Shown: positions 1-10,103 of the stretch, piece by piece
Position numbering within the stretch: position 1 is the first letter of the stretch
Layout of the letters: every line of letters begins with the position of its first letter
Source of the DNA: Chloroflexota bacterium
Lineage (GTDB): Bacteria; Chloroflexota; Anaerolineae; UBA1429
Assembly (NCBI GenBank): GCA_012729455.1
Contig: JAAYDC010000012.1
Location: 10,965-74,964 of the forward strand
Direction: 5' to 3'
DNA: 64,000 bases
Notes under the pieces: model-generated
Told to the model about the DNA's origin: nothing
Database searches by the model: none
Seen by the model: only the letters and a program-made list of their open reading frames with translations
Made by a program: the position numbers and the translations under genes

Positions 1-792
1 CACCTTGATTGCCTCCTCAACGCTCGGGCGGCGCTCGAACTCGATCGAAACCGTCTCGAGGTGACCATCGCGCGTGGCGACGCGGTTACAGGCTGCGCTG
101 ATGCGCATCTGGGCCGGCTCAATGGCACTACCGTCTGCGCTGAGGGTACCCAGCAGCTTAAGGGGTTCGCTCGCCAGTTTATCTTCTTCGCTTTTGATGA
201 AAGGGATCACGTTACCCAAGCTGTCCATCGCAGAGACCCCAGGGTAGCCCGCCCCGGAGAGGGCTTGCATGGTGGTGACAACCATGCGCCGCACACCAAA
301 AGCATCGTGCAGGGGTTTGATCGCCAGCACCAGGCCTGTTGACGAGCAGTTGGGGTTGGTTACGATCATGCCGCGCTCCCAGCCGCGGCTACGGCGCTGC
401 TGGCTGATGAGGGCAGTGTGCGCGGGGTTGACTTCGGGTACCAGCAGCGGTACATCCACATCCATGCGGTGGCTGCTGGCATTGCTCAACACGGCGTATC
501 CGGCGGCTGCCATGAGCAGCTCGATCTCGGCGGCATATTCAGCGGGCAATGCCGAGAACACGACCTTGCAATCCAGCCCGGGCTCGCAGGGCTGCACCAC
601 CAGGTCGCGCACGGCAGCGGGCATATCAGCCGACACGCGCCAGGTGCAGGCCTCGCGATAGGGCAGGCCCACCGAACGGTCAGAAGCAGCCAGGACGGTG
701 ATCTCAAACCAGGGGTTGCCCTGCAGGAGCTGAATAAAACGCTGGCCGACTGTGCCGGTGGCTCCGAGGATGCCTACAGGCGTTGGTTTCAT
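1..792 (-). CDS. asd: aspartate-semialdehyde dehydrogenase; only the N-terminal part lies in the window, the C-terminus runs off the left edge
   Basis: Reverse-complement translation from an ATG at 792 gives MKPTPVGILGATGTVGQRF...NPNCSSTGLVLAIKPL..., with the N-terminal NAD-binding G-x-x-G motif and the active-site Cys (NCSSTG) region typical of Asd. It is absent from the ORF track because it has no stop inside the window. It sits directly upstream of lysC, as usual. Confidence 0.85.
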   Translation of the reverse strand, partial: MKPTPVGILGATGTVGQRFIQLLQGNPWFEITVLAASDRSVGLPYREACTWRVSADMPAAVRDLVVQPCEPGLDCKVVFSALPAEYAAEIELLMAAAGYAVLSNASSHRMDVDVPLLVPEVNPAHTALISQQRRSRGWERGMIVTNPNCSSTGLVLAIKPLHDAFGVRRMVVTTMQALSGAGYPGVSAMDSLGNVIPFIKSEEDKLASEPLKLLGTLSADGSAIEPAQMRISAACNRVATRDGHLETVSIEFERRPSVEEAIKV

Positions 793-801
793 GAGACTCC
801 T

Positions 802-2217
802 TTAAGCCCTGTCCAGGCCAAACTGGCTGTGGATGGCGCGCACCGCTGCATCAGTATGCGCCTGCGGCACGACGATCGAGAGATTATAGTTATAGTTGGA
901 GGCGCCTTGTGCCACCGCCACGATCTCGACCTTTTGGCTGGCTAGTGCGCCAAATACCGAGCGCGCGATATCCGGGTTGCCGGTAGCGCCGGTACCGACA
1001 ATTGCCAGAATTGCGACCTCGCCCTGACTGTCGACCGTATCGACATCGTGGTGAGCACGTTCGAGCTCGAGCTCGCGTTCGACGCTCTTGACGACCTCGT
1101 CCACGTCTTTGGAGTGGATCACAAAACAGATGCTCTGCTCCGACGATGATTGGGTGATCATCAGCATGCTGGCGCCGCTCCTTGCCACAGCGCTGAACAC
1201 CCTGCCGGCGATGCCCGGCACGCCCAGCATGCCGCGTCCCGCCACTGTCACCATCGACAGGTCGCGGATGGCAGTAATGCCCTTGATGATCGGCTCCGGG
1301 CGCGAACTGGCGCTCACCAGCGTGCCAGCATTATCGGGTTCGAACGAGTTCAGCACCCGCAGCGGGATGCCCATCTCGACTACGGGCTGGATCGTCTTGG
1401 GGTGCAGCACTTTGGCGCCGAAAAAGGCCAGCTCGGCGATCTCGGCATACGAGATCTCGGCCAGAGTGCGCGCATCCGGCACGATACGCGGGTCAGCGGT
1501 CATCACGCCGTTGACGTCGGTCCAGATCCACACCTCATCAGCGGGCAGCACGCGCCCAAGGATTGTGGCAGAAAAGTCGCTGCCGCCGCGCCCCAGGGTG
1601 GTGGGGATGCCCTCAGCGGTCGCGCCGATAAAGCCTGTCACCACCGGCACGATCCCCGCCTGAATGAGCGGCAAAAGCCGTTTGGTAGCTTTGGCAGCCG
1701 TCAGGTCATAAAGGGGGATAGCTGAGCCCGAATGAGCGTTGGTGACAATCAGTTCGGTGGCTTCGACCATCTCGGCGGCGATGCCGCGATCGTTCATCGC
1801 GCCAGCCACGATGCGCGCCGAGAGGCGCTCACCCAAGCCCGAGACGACGTCAAGTCCGCGCGGAGTCAGCTCGCCCAGGGTGGCAATACTCTGGCAAAAG
1901 GTCTCTAACCAGTCGAGCAGGCCGGTCACTTCCTGCTTGAGGGCTTGGGCGCGCTCGGAGTCGCTGATGCACTCGTTGATGGCTTCTTCGTGGCGGTTTT
2001 GCAGCTCGACGCGGATATGGGCATAAGCTTGATAATCGCTCGCGCCGGCGGCATGCGCGGCGCGCAACAGAGTATCAGTAACGCCGCTCAGCGCCGAAAC
2101 GACCACTACGGGGGCAGTACCAGTCTGAGTTTTAGTGCGTGCGGTGATGTTGGCAACCGAGGCAATGCGCGTGCCCGTGCCCACCGAAGACCCACCAAAC
2201 TTCATAACGATCATCAT
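802..2217 (-). CDS. lysC: aspartate kinase (aspartokinase)
   Basis: 471 aa starting MKFGGSSVG. It has an amino-acid-kinase fold followed by tandem ACT regulatory domains, and asd is its neighbour. Confidence 0.9.
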   Translation of the reverse strand: MMIVMKFGGSSVGTGTRIASVANITARTKTQTGTAPVVVVSALSGVTDTLLRAAHAAGASDYQAYAHIRVELQNRHEEAINECISDSERAQALKQEVTGLLDWLETFCQSIATLGELTPRGLDVVSGLGERLSARIVAGAMNDRGIAAEMVEATELIVTNAHSGSAIPLYDLTAAKATKRLLPLIQAGIVPVVTGFIGATAEGIPTTLGRGGSDFSATILGRVLPADEVWIWTDVNGVMTADPRIVPDARTLAEISYAEIAELAFFGAKVLHPKTIQPVVEMGIPLRVLNSFEPDNAGTLVSASSRPEPIIKGITAIRDLSMVTVAGRGMLGVPGIAGRVFSAVARSGASMLMITQSSSEQSICFVIHSKDVDEVVKSVERELELERAHHDVDTVDSQGEVAILAIVGTGATGNPDIARSVFGALASQKVEIVAVAQGASNYNYNLSIVVPQAHTDAAVRAIHSQFGLDRA

Positions 2218-2312
2218 GCCCCTCCTCGCGGTCGCGTTGCTTCAAGTTCGATCACTGGTTCCAACGATGGAAGAGGCAGCACTGCCAAAAACAGGTGCGA
2301 ACTGGTATTGCG

Positions 2313-2340
2313 ATTATACGTTTACCCTTGCGGTGGACAA
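2313..2340 (-). promoter_or_regulatory. candidate sigma70-type promoter for lysC (TTGTCC-16-TATAAT on the minus strand)
   Basis: Hexamers were read directly from the sequence. The -10 is a perfect TATAAT about 95 nt upstream of the lysC ATG. No L-box motifs are present in the 5'UTR. Confidence 0.25.
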
Positions 2341-2384
2341 AAACGGCACTTGCTGGTACATTATCCGTCAACGCGGAGGTGCCT

Positions 2385-2864
2385 ATGCCCACAGCCGAAA
2401 AAACCAACGCCATGCGCGTGCTGGATCGCGCCAAAGTTCGCTACCAGGTGCACAACTATTCGAGCGAGCGCCACTCTGCCGAAGAGGTAGCTGCGCTGGT
2501 GGGCGTGCCTCCCGAGGTGGTTTTCAAGACGTTGGTGGTGATCCTGCCGGCTGGTAAACCGCTGCTGGCGATCATCCCTGGTAACCACGAGCTGGATCTG
2601 AAAAAGGTCGCTTCCCTGTTCGGCCAGAAAAAAGCCCATATGGCCAGCCTGAGCGAGGCCGAAGCCTTGACCGGCTTGCAGGTGGGAGGTATTTCAGCCC
2701 TGGCATTGATGAACAAGGGCTTTCGTGTGGCAATCCACACCAGTGCCACGCAGCATGAGCAGGTCCTGGTGAGCGCCGGCGTGCGCGGCACCAACCTGGC
2801 GCTGGAACCCGCCGACCTGATCCGGGTGATCAACGCTCAGGTGGCCGATCTGACGGTCATCTAG
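2385..2864 (+). CDS. ybaK: Cys-tRNA(Pro)/Cys-tRNA(Cys) deacylase, YbaK/ProX-type aminoacyl-tRNA editing domain
   Basis: 159 aa from an ATG at 2385, preceded by a GGAGG ribosome-binding site. The sequence MPTAEKTNAMRVLDRAKVRYQVHNY...GGISALAL is the typical YbaK fold. The track ORF starting at 2295 is an N-terminal over-extension. Confidence 0.85.
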   Translation: MPTAEKTNAMRVLDRAKVRYQVHNYSSERHSAEEVAALVGVPPEVVFKTLVVILPAGKPLLAIIPGNHELDLKKVASLFGQKKAHMASLSEAEALTGLQVGGISALALMNKGFRVAIHTSATQHEQVLVSAGVRGTNLALEPADLIRVINAQVADLTVI

Positions 2865-3097
2865 TCCGCGCGGTCGAGTTTCAGCGTGCGCATCTGACCG
2901 TTTGCCGGGCACGCCGCACGGACGGTGTGGTTGTTGGTATCGGCGATGCAGAGCTGCTTACAAGTGCCAGACCGCGCTGCTCATCAGCTGTACTCGCCTC
3001 CTCTTAAGCGCACACGCCATACTGCTGCCAGATACGCATGCTGGCCAGGCTGATGGGTTGGCTGTTAATCATACTGCGTCGGCGAGATAATCGGGGA

Positions 3098-5572
3098 CTA
3101 TTCCGTGATTTCGAGCGGAGGAAGCGCCACAGAGCGCCGGAAGCGCGGCAAAAAGCCCCACGAGGTGGTGAGGAACTCTCCGCTGACTGGATCGCGCACC
3201 ATCAGCACCGGGGTGACTCGCCCGGATGCCAAGTCTGCGGGCACTTCCAGCAGCACGCGCTGTGTTCGCCAGGCGCCAGCCGGCCAGCTTGGCGAGATGG
3301 CGCCGAGGTTAACGGGTGTGCTGAGGCGGCCGGAGGCATCGCGCCAGGCCAGGGCAGCTTCAAGCCCGCTGGCGGATGCGCCGCGGGCGCGCCAATAGAG
3401 CGTGATCGGCAGACGTGTGCCGCGCTGGACTTGCGTTGGCATGCTGGCTCCCAGCAGTTCGGCAGCGCCAAACGAAATATGCGCGCGCCAGGCATCTGCA
3501 GGCGGATACAGCGCCGCCTCAAAGCTAGTCGGCTGCCCTTCCATCACCTGCAAAGCGATACCCTCGAGGGCCTGCAGCTCCTCTGAAGCGTTAGCAGGCG
3601 TGTAGGGGGTCGCCACACCGGAGGCTTCGTCATAGACCACCAGCGCCAGCCTATACGCCCCAGGCGGAGTGCCGGGCGGAATGCGTAGTTGCGCGCTGAA
3701 CAGCATCTGTTTACCGACGGGCCACTGGCTGGAAGGGATGAAATAAAGCGGGGCTGCGTCTTCCTGCGCCACCAGGTTGCTGGATGCGTCGACCAGCCTG
3801 AGCGATGTACGATAGTTGGGCAACTGCTCGAGGATACTGACCCTCAGGCGCACACTTACCACCTTGCCGGCGGGAACCTGAGCGGGCAGCTCGTGGGCAG
3901 CGGCGCGCATCGGCTGGCCATCCGCCGCAAGCCACCCAAGCTCTAGGCCATTAAGCTCTAATCCGCTGCCAAAGCGCCCCAGATCGGCATCGCCAGTAGC
4001 TGCAGCCTCCAGGTAGAGCGGTTCGGCACGATAGCTGGAGAGCAGAATCGGGTAGACATAGCCGTTAAAGACCGCTTCAGACTGCATCGTGTAGCGGGTC
4101 GTGATCAGGTTGCGCATGCGGCCGTCGGGGTCGCTGATCTCGCGGTTACCCTCGACGAACCAGATGCGCGTATAGTCGCGCCCGAGCGACTCCAGCTGCG
4201 CCTCGGTGACCTCCCAGCCGGTGTGAATAACGGGCATCGGCACGATGGGCAGTTGTCCCTCATAATAGTGCTGAAACGCAGCGACACTTTCGGCCCCGGT
4301 GACCACAATGACATCGCCGGCGGTCTCCTGCAAGGTTACCTGCCGGGCAGCCGAACGATAGTCCTCCTTGTTGCTGTAAAGCGGGTGCTGAAAGTAGCGG
4401 TTTATCGAATAGAGCGAGCCGCACAGAAGCACCGCCAGTGCCAGGATCGCCACCAACGGCACACGCCGCCACAGCCAATCCACTCCCCAGGCCAGCGCCA
4501 TTGTAAAGGCCGGCAGGCTCATCAGAAGGTAACGGCTGCCCATATAAAGGGGTGTGATCAGCGAAAAGAGCCAAATGCCCGTCAGTGGGATAAAGATATA
4601 AGCCAACAGTGTCACGGCCGTCATCCAGCGCGGACAGCGGTGCTCCATCTGAGGTGCGCCCTTATAACCCAAGCCGGCCGCGGCGGCCAGCCCCAGGGCG
4701 GCGACTGCCCAAAAAGCCACGTCCAATCCCCAGATCTCTTTATAGACTACAGAGGGTCCCAACGCAAAGGAATTGAACACGTCGTGCAGCATCATCCAGT
4801 AGGGCACATACACGCGGTTCGAGCTCAACTCGGGTATGCGCTGCAGGGTCATCGCTACCACATAGCCGCCCGCCAGGATCGGCAGAACAAGGCTCAGGAG
4901 CACCAATAACCGACGGTGGAGCGGCAGCCTGGGCGCAGAGCGGCGCGCTGTGAGGCTCGCAGCTGCTACCAGGGCGTGTACCGGCACAAACAACGCAAAC
5001 ATATACTGGCTCAGGAGACCTGCGGTCAGTACCAGGGTATAGCCCAGCAGCAGATACCAGCACGGCTGCGCCAACGTGCGCAGGAGCAGCACCAGGGAGA
5101 GCAGTCCCAAGAACATGCACAGGGTATACATGCGCATTTCCTGAGCATACCACAGCGCAAAGGGCGCCAGAGCGCCCAGCAGGGCCGCCAGGAGCCCCAG
5201 TCGGCTGCCGGACAGGCGCCTGCCCAGCCAGTACAGAAGCGGTATGCAAGCTGCCGCGAACAGAGCCGAGGGAAAACGTAGAGCAACGTCAGAAGTGCCG
5301 GCCAGACGCACCACCCCGTACAGGATGGCAAAATATAAGGGGGGATGCTGGTCGGTGGTGACCGCGCCGGCAAAGCGGATGCGGTTAGCGAACAGATCCG
5401 CCAGGGTGCCCGTCGCGCGCATCAGGCTGAGACTTTCATCCCACCAGGCTGATTTAGCCCCGCTCTGCCACAACCCCAGGCACAACGCCAGCAGCACCAG
5501 CATAGCAACCAGCCAATAGTCGCTGCGTGTGGCAGCCCGCAGGCGATCCGGCAGCGTGTGTTTGGTCTTCAT
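3098..5572 (-). CDS. GT-C superfamily membrane glycosyltransferase (PMT/ArnT-like, 'GT39 family' type), first of three paralogs
   Basis: 824 aa. It has an N-terminal poly-topic membrane domain of 11 or more hydrophobic segments with an early loop acidic motif (WWDES). It has a ~300 aa C-terminal soluble region with two copies of a repeated module. It is paralogous to the two genes upstream of it. Confidence 0.7.
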   Translation of the reverse strand: MKTKHTLPDRLRAATRSDYWLVAMLVLLALCLGLWQSGAKSAWWDESLSLMRATGTLADLFANRIRFAGAVTTDQHPPLYFAILYGVVRLAGTSDVALRFPSALFAAACIPLLYWLGRRLSGSRLGLLAALLGALAPFALWYAQEMRMYTLCMFLGLLSLVLLLRTLAQPCWYLLLGYTLVLTAGLLSQYMFALFVPVHALVAAASLTARRSAPRLPLHRRLLVLLSLVLPILAGGYVVAMTLQRIPELSSNRVYVPYWMMLHDVFNSFALGPSVVYKEIWGLDVAFWAVAALGLAAAAGLGYKGAPQMEHRCPRWMTAVTLLAYIFIPLTGIWLFSLITPLYMGSRYLLMSLPAFTMALAWGVDWLWRRVPLVAILALAVLLCGSLYSINRYFQHPLYSNKEDYRSAARQVTLQETAGDVIVVTGAESVAAFQHYYEGQLPIVPMPVIHTGWEVTEAQLESLGRDYTRIWFVEGNREISDPDGRMRNLITTRYTMQSEAVFNGYVYPILLSSYRAEPLYLEAAATGDADLGRFGSGLELNGLELGWLAADGQPMRAAAHELPAQVPAGKVVSVRLRVSILEQLPNYRTSLRLVDASSNLVAQEDAAPLYFIPSSQWPVGKQMLFSAQLRIPPGTPPGAYRLALVVYDEASGVATPYTPANASEELQALEGIALQVMEGQPTSFEAALYPPADAWRAHISFGAAELLGASMPTQVQRGTRLPITLYWRARGASASGLEAALAWRDASGRLSTPVNLGAISPSWPAGAWRTQRVLLEVPADLASGRVTPVLMVRDPVSGEFLTTSWGFLPRFRRSVALPPLEITE

Positions 5573-5576
5573 CAGG

Positions 5577-7844
5577 TCAGTTGGAGGAAACAGCGTACGG
5601 GCCGATCAGCAGGTCGTTCTCGCCGGGCGTTTTGCCAACCAAGGGCAGGCGCTGGCCGGTCCTGGAGAGCATCAGACCCACCGAAAGGGTATAATTCCCC
5701 TCGGGCAGGTCGGCTGGCAGCAGGAGGGTGTGGGTATCCTGCACGATCTCATTGCTGAGCCACATGCTGGTGGGATAATAGTTTGAAAAGGGCTGCTCCT
5801 CAAGCTGCACCAGTTTGGCGCCCTTGTCATCCAACAGGTGCACAAAGACGGTATAGTCGGTGTTCAGCGGAACCATCAGGCGCCAGTAGAGGGTGATGCG
5901 CCAGCCCTCGCCGGCGCGCGGTTCGGTTGTGGAGAGGTCAAAGCCCAGTAGCTGGATCTTGTCATCAAAGTTCAGATCGATAGCCACCTGCGGGGCTTCG
6001 CTCACGGGTTCTATCGAGGTAACAGCCAGTCGCGTCACGAGCGCCGCCGGCACGGTCTCTATGCCGCCCAGCGATTGCGCCTCGATATGGGCGTTGGTAT
6101 CGGGATCATGCACCGAAACCCGTAGACTGCCGGCGGTGGGCGCCACGGCTCCCGCATCGATCGGCAACTGAACAAGATCCTCAAACACTGTGCCGGGAGG
6201 GAGTGTGCTGGTCGCCAAGCGTCCGTAATCCGGGAAGGCTTCCAGCAAACCGATCACGCGCTGGTTACGCCCTGTCAGCTGGTAGCGGAACCAGTAGTTG
6301 GCGCGCGGCTGTCTGAGCACCAGCCAATAGACCCGCATGGTGAGAGCCTGGCCGGCTGGCACATGCGTGCTGGGCATCTGGTACCCGAGCAGCTCGAGCT
6401 CGTCGCCATAGCGCAGGTTGACGGGCTGCAGGTCGGCGGGTACCTGGTCCATGGCGATGACCGCATCCGAACGATAAGCCGTAGAGAGCTGCCTCCAAGG
6501 AGCCAGGATGGAGCTGATCGCTAGCAAAATCGGAAACACCAGCATCACTACCCGCCCAAACCGCTGCGGTACCCAAAAGCGCAAGCCTGCCGTGAGGCCT
6601 GTTGCGATAATCGGCAGGGCGCCCAAGAGGCCGATCACGGCCGGATAGGTCAGGTTGATGGTAACCGTCGTCAGCCACAGCAGCCCTGTCCAGGCAGCTG
6701 CAGCCAGCCAGATCTGCCATGGCAAGCCACGCAGCCCACGCTCCCGCCAGGCATAACGACCCAAGCCAAGGATCAATCCAAAGGCGCCAAGGGCCGAGAG
6801 CAGACTCATGACGGTGTAATAGAGCGTGCTCAGGGTGATGTTGCCCCATCCAAAGACGCCCCACAAATAAGATGGGTTGTTACGGAAACGCCCCAGCCCG
6901 AGATAATCGCTGGTCGTTTGTGCTGGCATCAGCGGCTGCAGAGGAACCAGGCGGCCATAGTTCATCCAGACACGGATATACCACCAGCCCGCAATGGCAA
7001 ACGCCACCAACACGGCTGCTCCTCCCAGCAGAAAGTGCTGCCTTGGTCTAGCCCCTGCTCTGGCTGGTAGTGTCATTACGGCGAGCGGGATCAGCAGCCC
7101 GGCCAGCACGCCATACAGATTGCTGAGCGCCGCCACCCCAACCACGCCCCCCAGCAGGATAAACCAGCGCCAGTCGCTGACGCCGGACTTGGCTATCATC
7201 AAAACCAGCATGGCGCCTGTTACAAACAAGCATGTAACCAGCGCAAAAGGCGCAGCTGCCGTTCCCACTACCAAAGTCAGCGGATTCAACGCCACCACAG
7301 CCAGTGCAGCCAGCTGCAGCCAGGTTTGTTCGGGCGCGAGCAGCTGCACCGTATGGAACGCAGCCTCCAACATCAGCAACGTGAGGATGACCGAGAGCAC
7401 GCGCAGCAGGTAAAATCCCAGCGCCAGCTCCTGGTAAACTGCTGGTGAGATCGGGTGCAACAGCACGTTTTTATTGAACTGCGTTTCGTCGCGGTTGAGC
7501 GACAGGAAGCGATTCACCTGGATGGCGTCACGCATGCCAGGCGCCGCTCTGCCCAGAAACAGCGTACTGATCCCATAGTAGAGCGGCGGCTGATTGCCAC
7601 GCTCGGCCTGCCACCATTGCCGCGGAGTACGTACGTCGGGAGGAACCTCATCCTCGGCACGCGCCAATGAATAGCGCAGTGTCAGGTATTCCCCCGGCCC
7701 CTCGCCGATGGGGGTCTGGATAATATAGAGGGCTGCCAGGATGAGATACACGCCCAGCACGGCGAGCGCCAGCACCAGGTGATGCTTGATGCGCGCACGC
7801 GGCGGTTTATGATTCTGAACGCTCGTGATCATAACTGGTTCCAC
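5577..7844 (-). CDS. GT-C superfamily membrane glycosyltransferase (PMT/ArnT-like), second of three paralogs
   Basis: 755 aa, with the same architecture as its paralogs, a PPLYYG loop motif and duplicated C-terminal modules. The start is either the GTG at 7844 or the ATG at 7832. There is a 3-nt gap to the upstream paralog. Confidence 0.7.
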   Translation of the reverse strand: MEPVMITSVQNHKPPRARIKHHLVLALAVLGVYLILAALYIIQTPIGEGPGEYLTLRYSLARAEDEVPPDVRTPRQWWQAERGNQPPLYYGISTLFLGRAAPGMRDAIQVNRFLSLNRDETQFNKNVLLHPISPAVYQELALGFYLLRVLSVILTLLMLEAAFHTVQLLAPEQTWLQLAALAVVALNPLTLVVGTAAAPFALVTCLFVTGAMLVLMIAKSGVSDWRWFILLGGVVGVAALSNLYGVLAGLLIPLAVMTLPARAGARPRQHFLLGGAAVLVAFAIAGWWYIRVWMNYGRLVPLQPLMPAQTTSDYLGLGRFRNNPSYLWGVFGWGNITLSTLYYTVMSLLSALGAFGLILGLGRYAWRERGLRGLPWQIWLAAAAWTGLLWLTTVTINLTYPAVIGLLGALPIIATGLTAGLRFWVPQRFGRVVMLVFPILLAISSILAPWRQLSTAYRSDAVIAMDQVPADLQPVNLRYGDELELLGYQMPSTHVPAGQALTMRVYWLVLRQPRANYWFRYQLTGRNQRVIGLLEAFPDYGRLATSTLPPGTVFEDLVQLPIDAGAVAPTAGSLRVSVHDPDTNAHIEAQSLGGIETVPAALVTRLAVTSIEPVSEAPQVAIDLNFDDKIQLLGFDLSTTEPRAGEGWRITLYWRLMVPLNTDYTVFVHLLDDKGAKLVQLEEQPFSNYYPTSMWLSNEIVQDTHTLLLPADLPEGNYTLSVGLMLSRTGQRLPLVGKTPGENDLLIGPYAVSSN

Positions 7845-7847
7845 GTT

Positions 7848-10103
7848 CTAACTGCCTGTGGCCAGCACATGGAGCTTGCCCAACACCACTGCAGTATCCT
7901 GCACATGACCACCCTCTCCTAAAACTGAGAGGCGCACAACGTTGGTGTCGTACATGCCCACCAGCAACGTAGCGATCTGCGACTGGGCATCCTGGTCGAG
8001 TACAAGTGTGTAACGATCAACGATCAGCTGCCCCTGCTTCCAGGTGGAAGTGGGCGCCGCGCCATCCTGCGGCCAACGGTCGATCTGGGCCAGCTTGTCG
8101 CCTTGGGTATCCAGGATCTGCACAAACACGGTATAATCCTGCGCCAGGTCGCGCTGGGCGCGCCAATAGAGCGTCAGGTTCACGGATTCGCCGGCGCGCA
8201 CAGTGGAGCACTCGAGTTCATAGCCCACCAGGGCAACCTCATCGGCCAGGTTCACCCGCATCGGGTTGGGCACCCCATTGACCACGCGCTTGGCGACCGA
8301 CAGCTCGCCAAAGTAAACGGCATCGCCGCCTCCCGCCAGGCTCAGGCGCGTGCCGTCTTCGCGCCGGTAAAAACCCGTGGCCAGCCCAAGCTGATTGGGG
8401 GTGAGCATGGCCGGGTTGCTCGAGATCACCACCGTGTCGCTAAACGCCCGGCCTGGCTGCCACAGGCTGGTCGGGAATCTCCCCTGGCCGGGATAGCGGT
8501 CACGCTGCCCAACGATCAGATCGTCCTGGTTTACCAGGTGTACAAAGAGGGTATAGTCGGCATCTACTGCAGCAAGGCATTCGTAATAGAGCGTGACTGT
8601 TACCGGCTGACCGGGCACCAGCTCAGATTGCGGCAGATCATAGCCCAACAGGCGGATCGCGTCGCCAAAGGTGGCATCCAGCCGCTGCTGGGGCTGAAGC
8701 GATGACGCGCTGACCACCTTCGGCAACGCATAGGCCGGTCGGATAGCGACAAAGGGCAACAGCGCAGCGGAAATGGCCATAAAAGCGCCCACCGCCGCCA
8801 GCATGAGTGTGCGCAGTCGTCCGCGCACCAACCCGACCCACCCCATGGCAGCCCACAGGCTGATGGCCGTGATGGCTGGGAACATCAGGCGGCCCTGGCT
8901 GGCTACCGTTAACAGCGTCCAGCGCACCAACGCGGCAAACACCGCCAGCGGCAAGAGCACCGTCAGCACCAGCTGCCAGCGGCGCCGGCTGGTGAGCCAT
9001 CCGCTGCGCACGCGCTCCAGCAGGTAGAGCGGGGCGCCGGCAAAACCGGTCAACGCCAGGATGCTCATCGCCCAATAATACCAACGCGGGGCAGGCACGT
9101 TCACGCCGCCGAAAAAGCCCCAATACGACATCACAAAGCCCTTCCACTCGGAAAGGAGCTGGCGCAGAGTGGGCACCGGCGAACGCGGCCCGACGATGGC
9201 TAGAAAGGCGTTCAGACCGAGCGGATCCTGATAGAACCGCCAGTTGCGCCAGTACCACCATCCGGCAATGGCTGCCACCGGGATCAACAAAGCCACCCCG
9301 CCATAGATAAAGTCATCGATCGAGCGGCTGCTTATTGCCACCACCAGCACGGTCAGGGCTGCCAGGGGCAGCAGGGCCAGGGCGCTGGTCTTGGTGAGGC
9401 AGGCGGCCCCCAACACAGTTCCCAATAACAGCCAGTGAATAACTGTCGGGCGCGACGCAATATAGCGGACCATCAACCACAGCGCCACGGCCGACAGGCT
9501 GATCACCAGGGCATCGTTATTGACCGAGGCGGTAATAAACAAAAACATGGCGTTAAAAGCCGTGGTCGCCGAGGAAACAAGCGCCAGTTGGCGATCGCCA
9601 AAGATCTGATTAGCCAGCAGATAACCCGCCACCACGGTTACCGCTCCGAGTACCACCGAGAACCAGCGCACCACATAAACCGCCAGGCGGGTGCCCTCCA
9701 ATGGGAACAGCTTGCGCGGCGGATGAATCGCCATATTGGCGTTGCCATCCGGAGCGATCACCCCGATATCAGCGTGCGGGTTGAGCCAGCGTACCAAGGA
9801 CAGATCATCCGTATTGATCTGGCTGGTGAGGACTGCGCCGAGAAAGTAGTAGAGCGGCGGTTGACTGCCCTCCTGGCGCCAGGGCCCAACCTGGTCGGGA
9901 GACTGCACCGGCAGACCCTCTCCTTCAGTGAGACGAACGATAAACGGGTAGTGCCACAGCTCGTCAGAGGCTTCAAACAGGGGCGTGATCACCGAATAAC
10001 TCAGCGCGATTACCAGGTATACCGCCAGGATGGCTAATAATATCGGTTGGCGCAGGGCGTCGGACACGGTGTTGGGTTTGGCGTTAGGACTCCAGCGCGC
10101 CAT
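7848..10103 (-). CDS. GT-C superfamily membrane glycosyltransferase (PMT/ArnT-like), third of three paralogs
   Basis: 751 aa. It has an acidic loop motif EASDELWHYP followed by PPLYYF, many transmembrane segments and two C-terminal repeat modules (LLGYDLP...TLYYE... and ALVGYELE...TLYWRAQ...). Its start overlaps the GT4 stop by 20 nt. Confidence 0.7.
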   Translation of the reverse strand: MARWSPNAKPNTVSDALRQPILLAILAVYLVIALSYSVITPLFEASDELWHYPFIVRLTEGEGLPVQSPDQVGPWRQEGSQPPLYYFLGAVLTSQINTDDLSLVRWLNPHADIGVIAPDGNANMAIHPPRKLFPLEGTRLAVYVVRWFSVVLGAVTVVAGYLLANQIFGDRQLALVSSATTAFNAMFLFITASVNNDALVISLSAVALWLMVRYIASRPTVIHWLLLGTVLGAACLTKTSALALLPLAALTVLVVAISSRSIDDFIYGGVALLIPVAAIAGWWYWRNWRFYQDPLGLNAFLAIVGPRSPVPTLRQLLSEWKGFVMSYWGFFGGVNVPAPRWYYWAMSILALTGFAGAPLYLLERVRSGWLTSRRRWQLVLTVLLPLAVFAALVRWTLLTVASQGRLMFPAITAISLWAAMGWVGLVRGRLRTLMLAAVGAFMAISAALLPFVAIRPAYALPKVVSASSLQPQQRLDATFGDAIRLLGYDLPQSELVPGQPVTVTLYYECLAAVDADYTLFVHLVNQDDLIVGQRDRYPGQGRFPTSLWQPGRAFSDTVVISSNPAMLTPNQLGLATGFYRREDGTRLSLAGGGDAVYFGELSVAKRVVNGVPNPMRVNLADEVALVGYELECSTVRAGESVNLTLYWRAQRDLAQDYTVFVQILDTQGDKLAQIDRWPQDGAAPTSTWKQGQLIVDRYTLVLDQDAQSQIATLLVGMYDTNVVRLSVLGEGGHVQDTAVVLGKLHVLATGS

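Noticed and set aside
2295-2384. N-terminal over-extensions in the ORF track
   Set aside because: Examples are 2295 for ybaK; 10084-11406; 11240-12232; 12165-13037; 34373-35977; 35802; 46029-46925 for hypB; 48997-49479 for hypC; and 61725-63128. The conserved protein N-termini, ribosome-binding sites and upstream gene ends place the real starts further in.
2218-2384. Possible lysine (L-box) riboswitch upstream of lysC
   Set aside because: The 5'UTR is only about 95 nt, with one short hairpin (GGCAG-UG-CUGCC). None of the L-box conserved elements are present.
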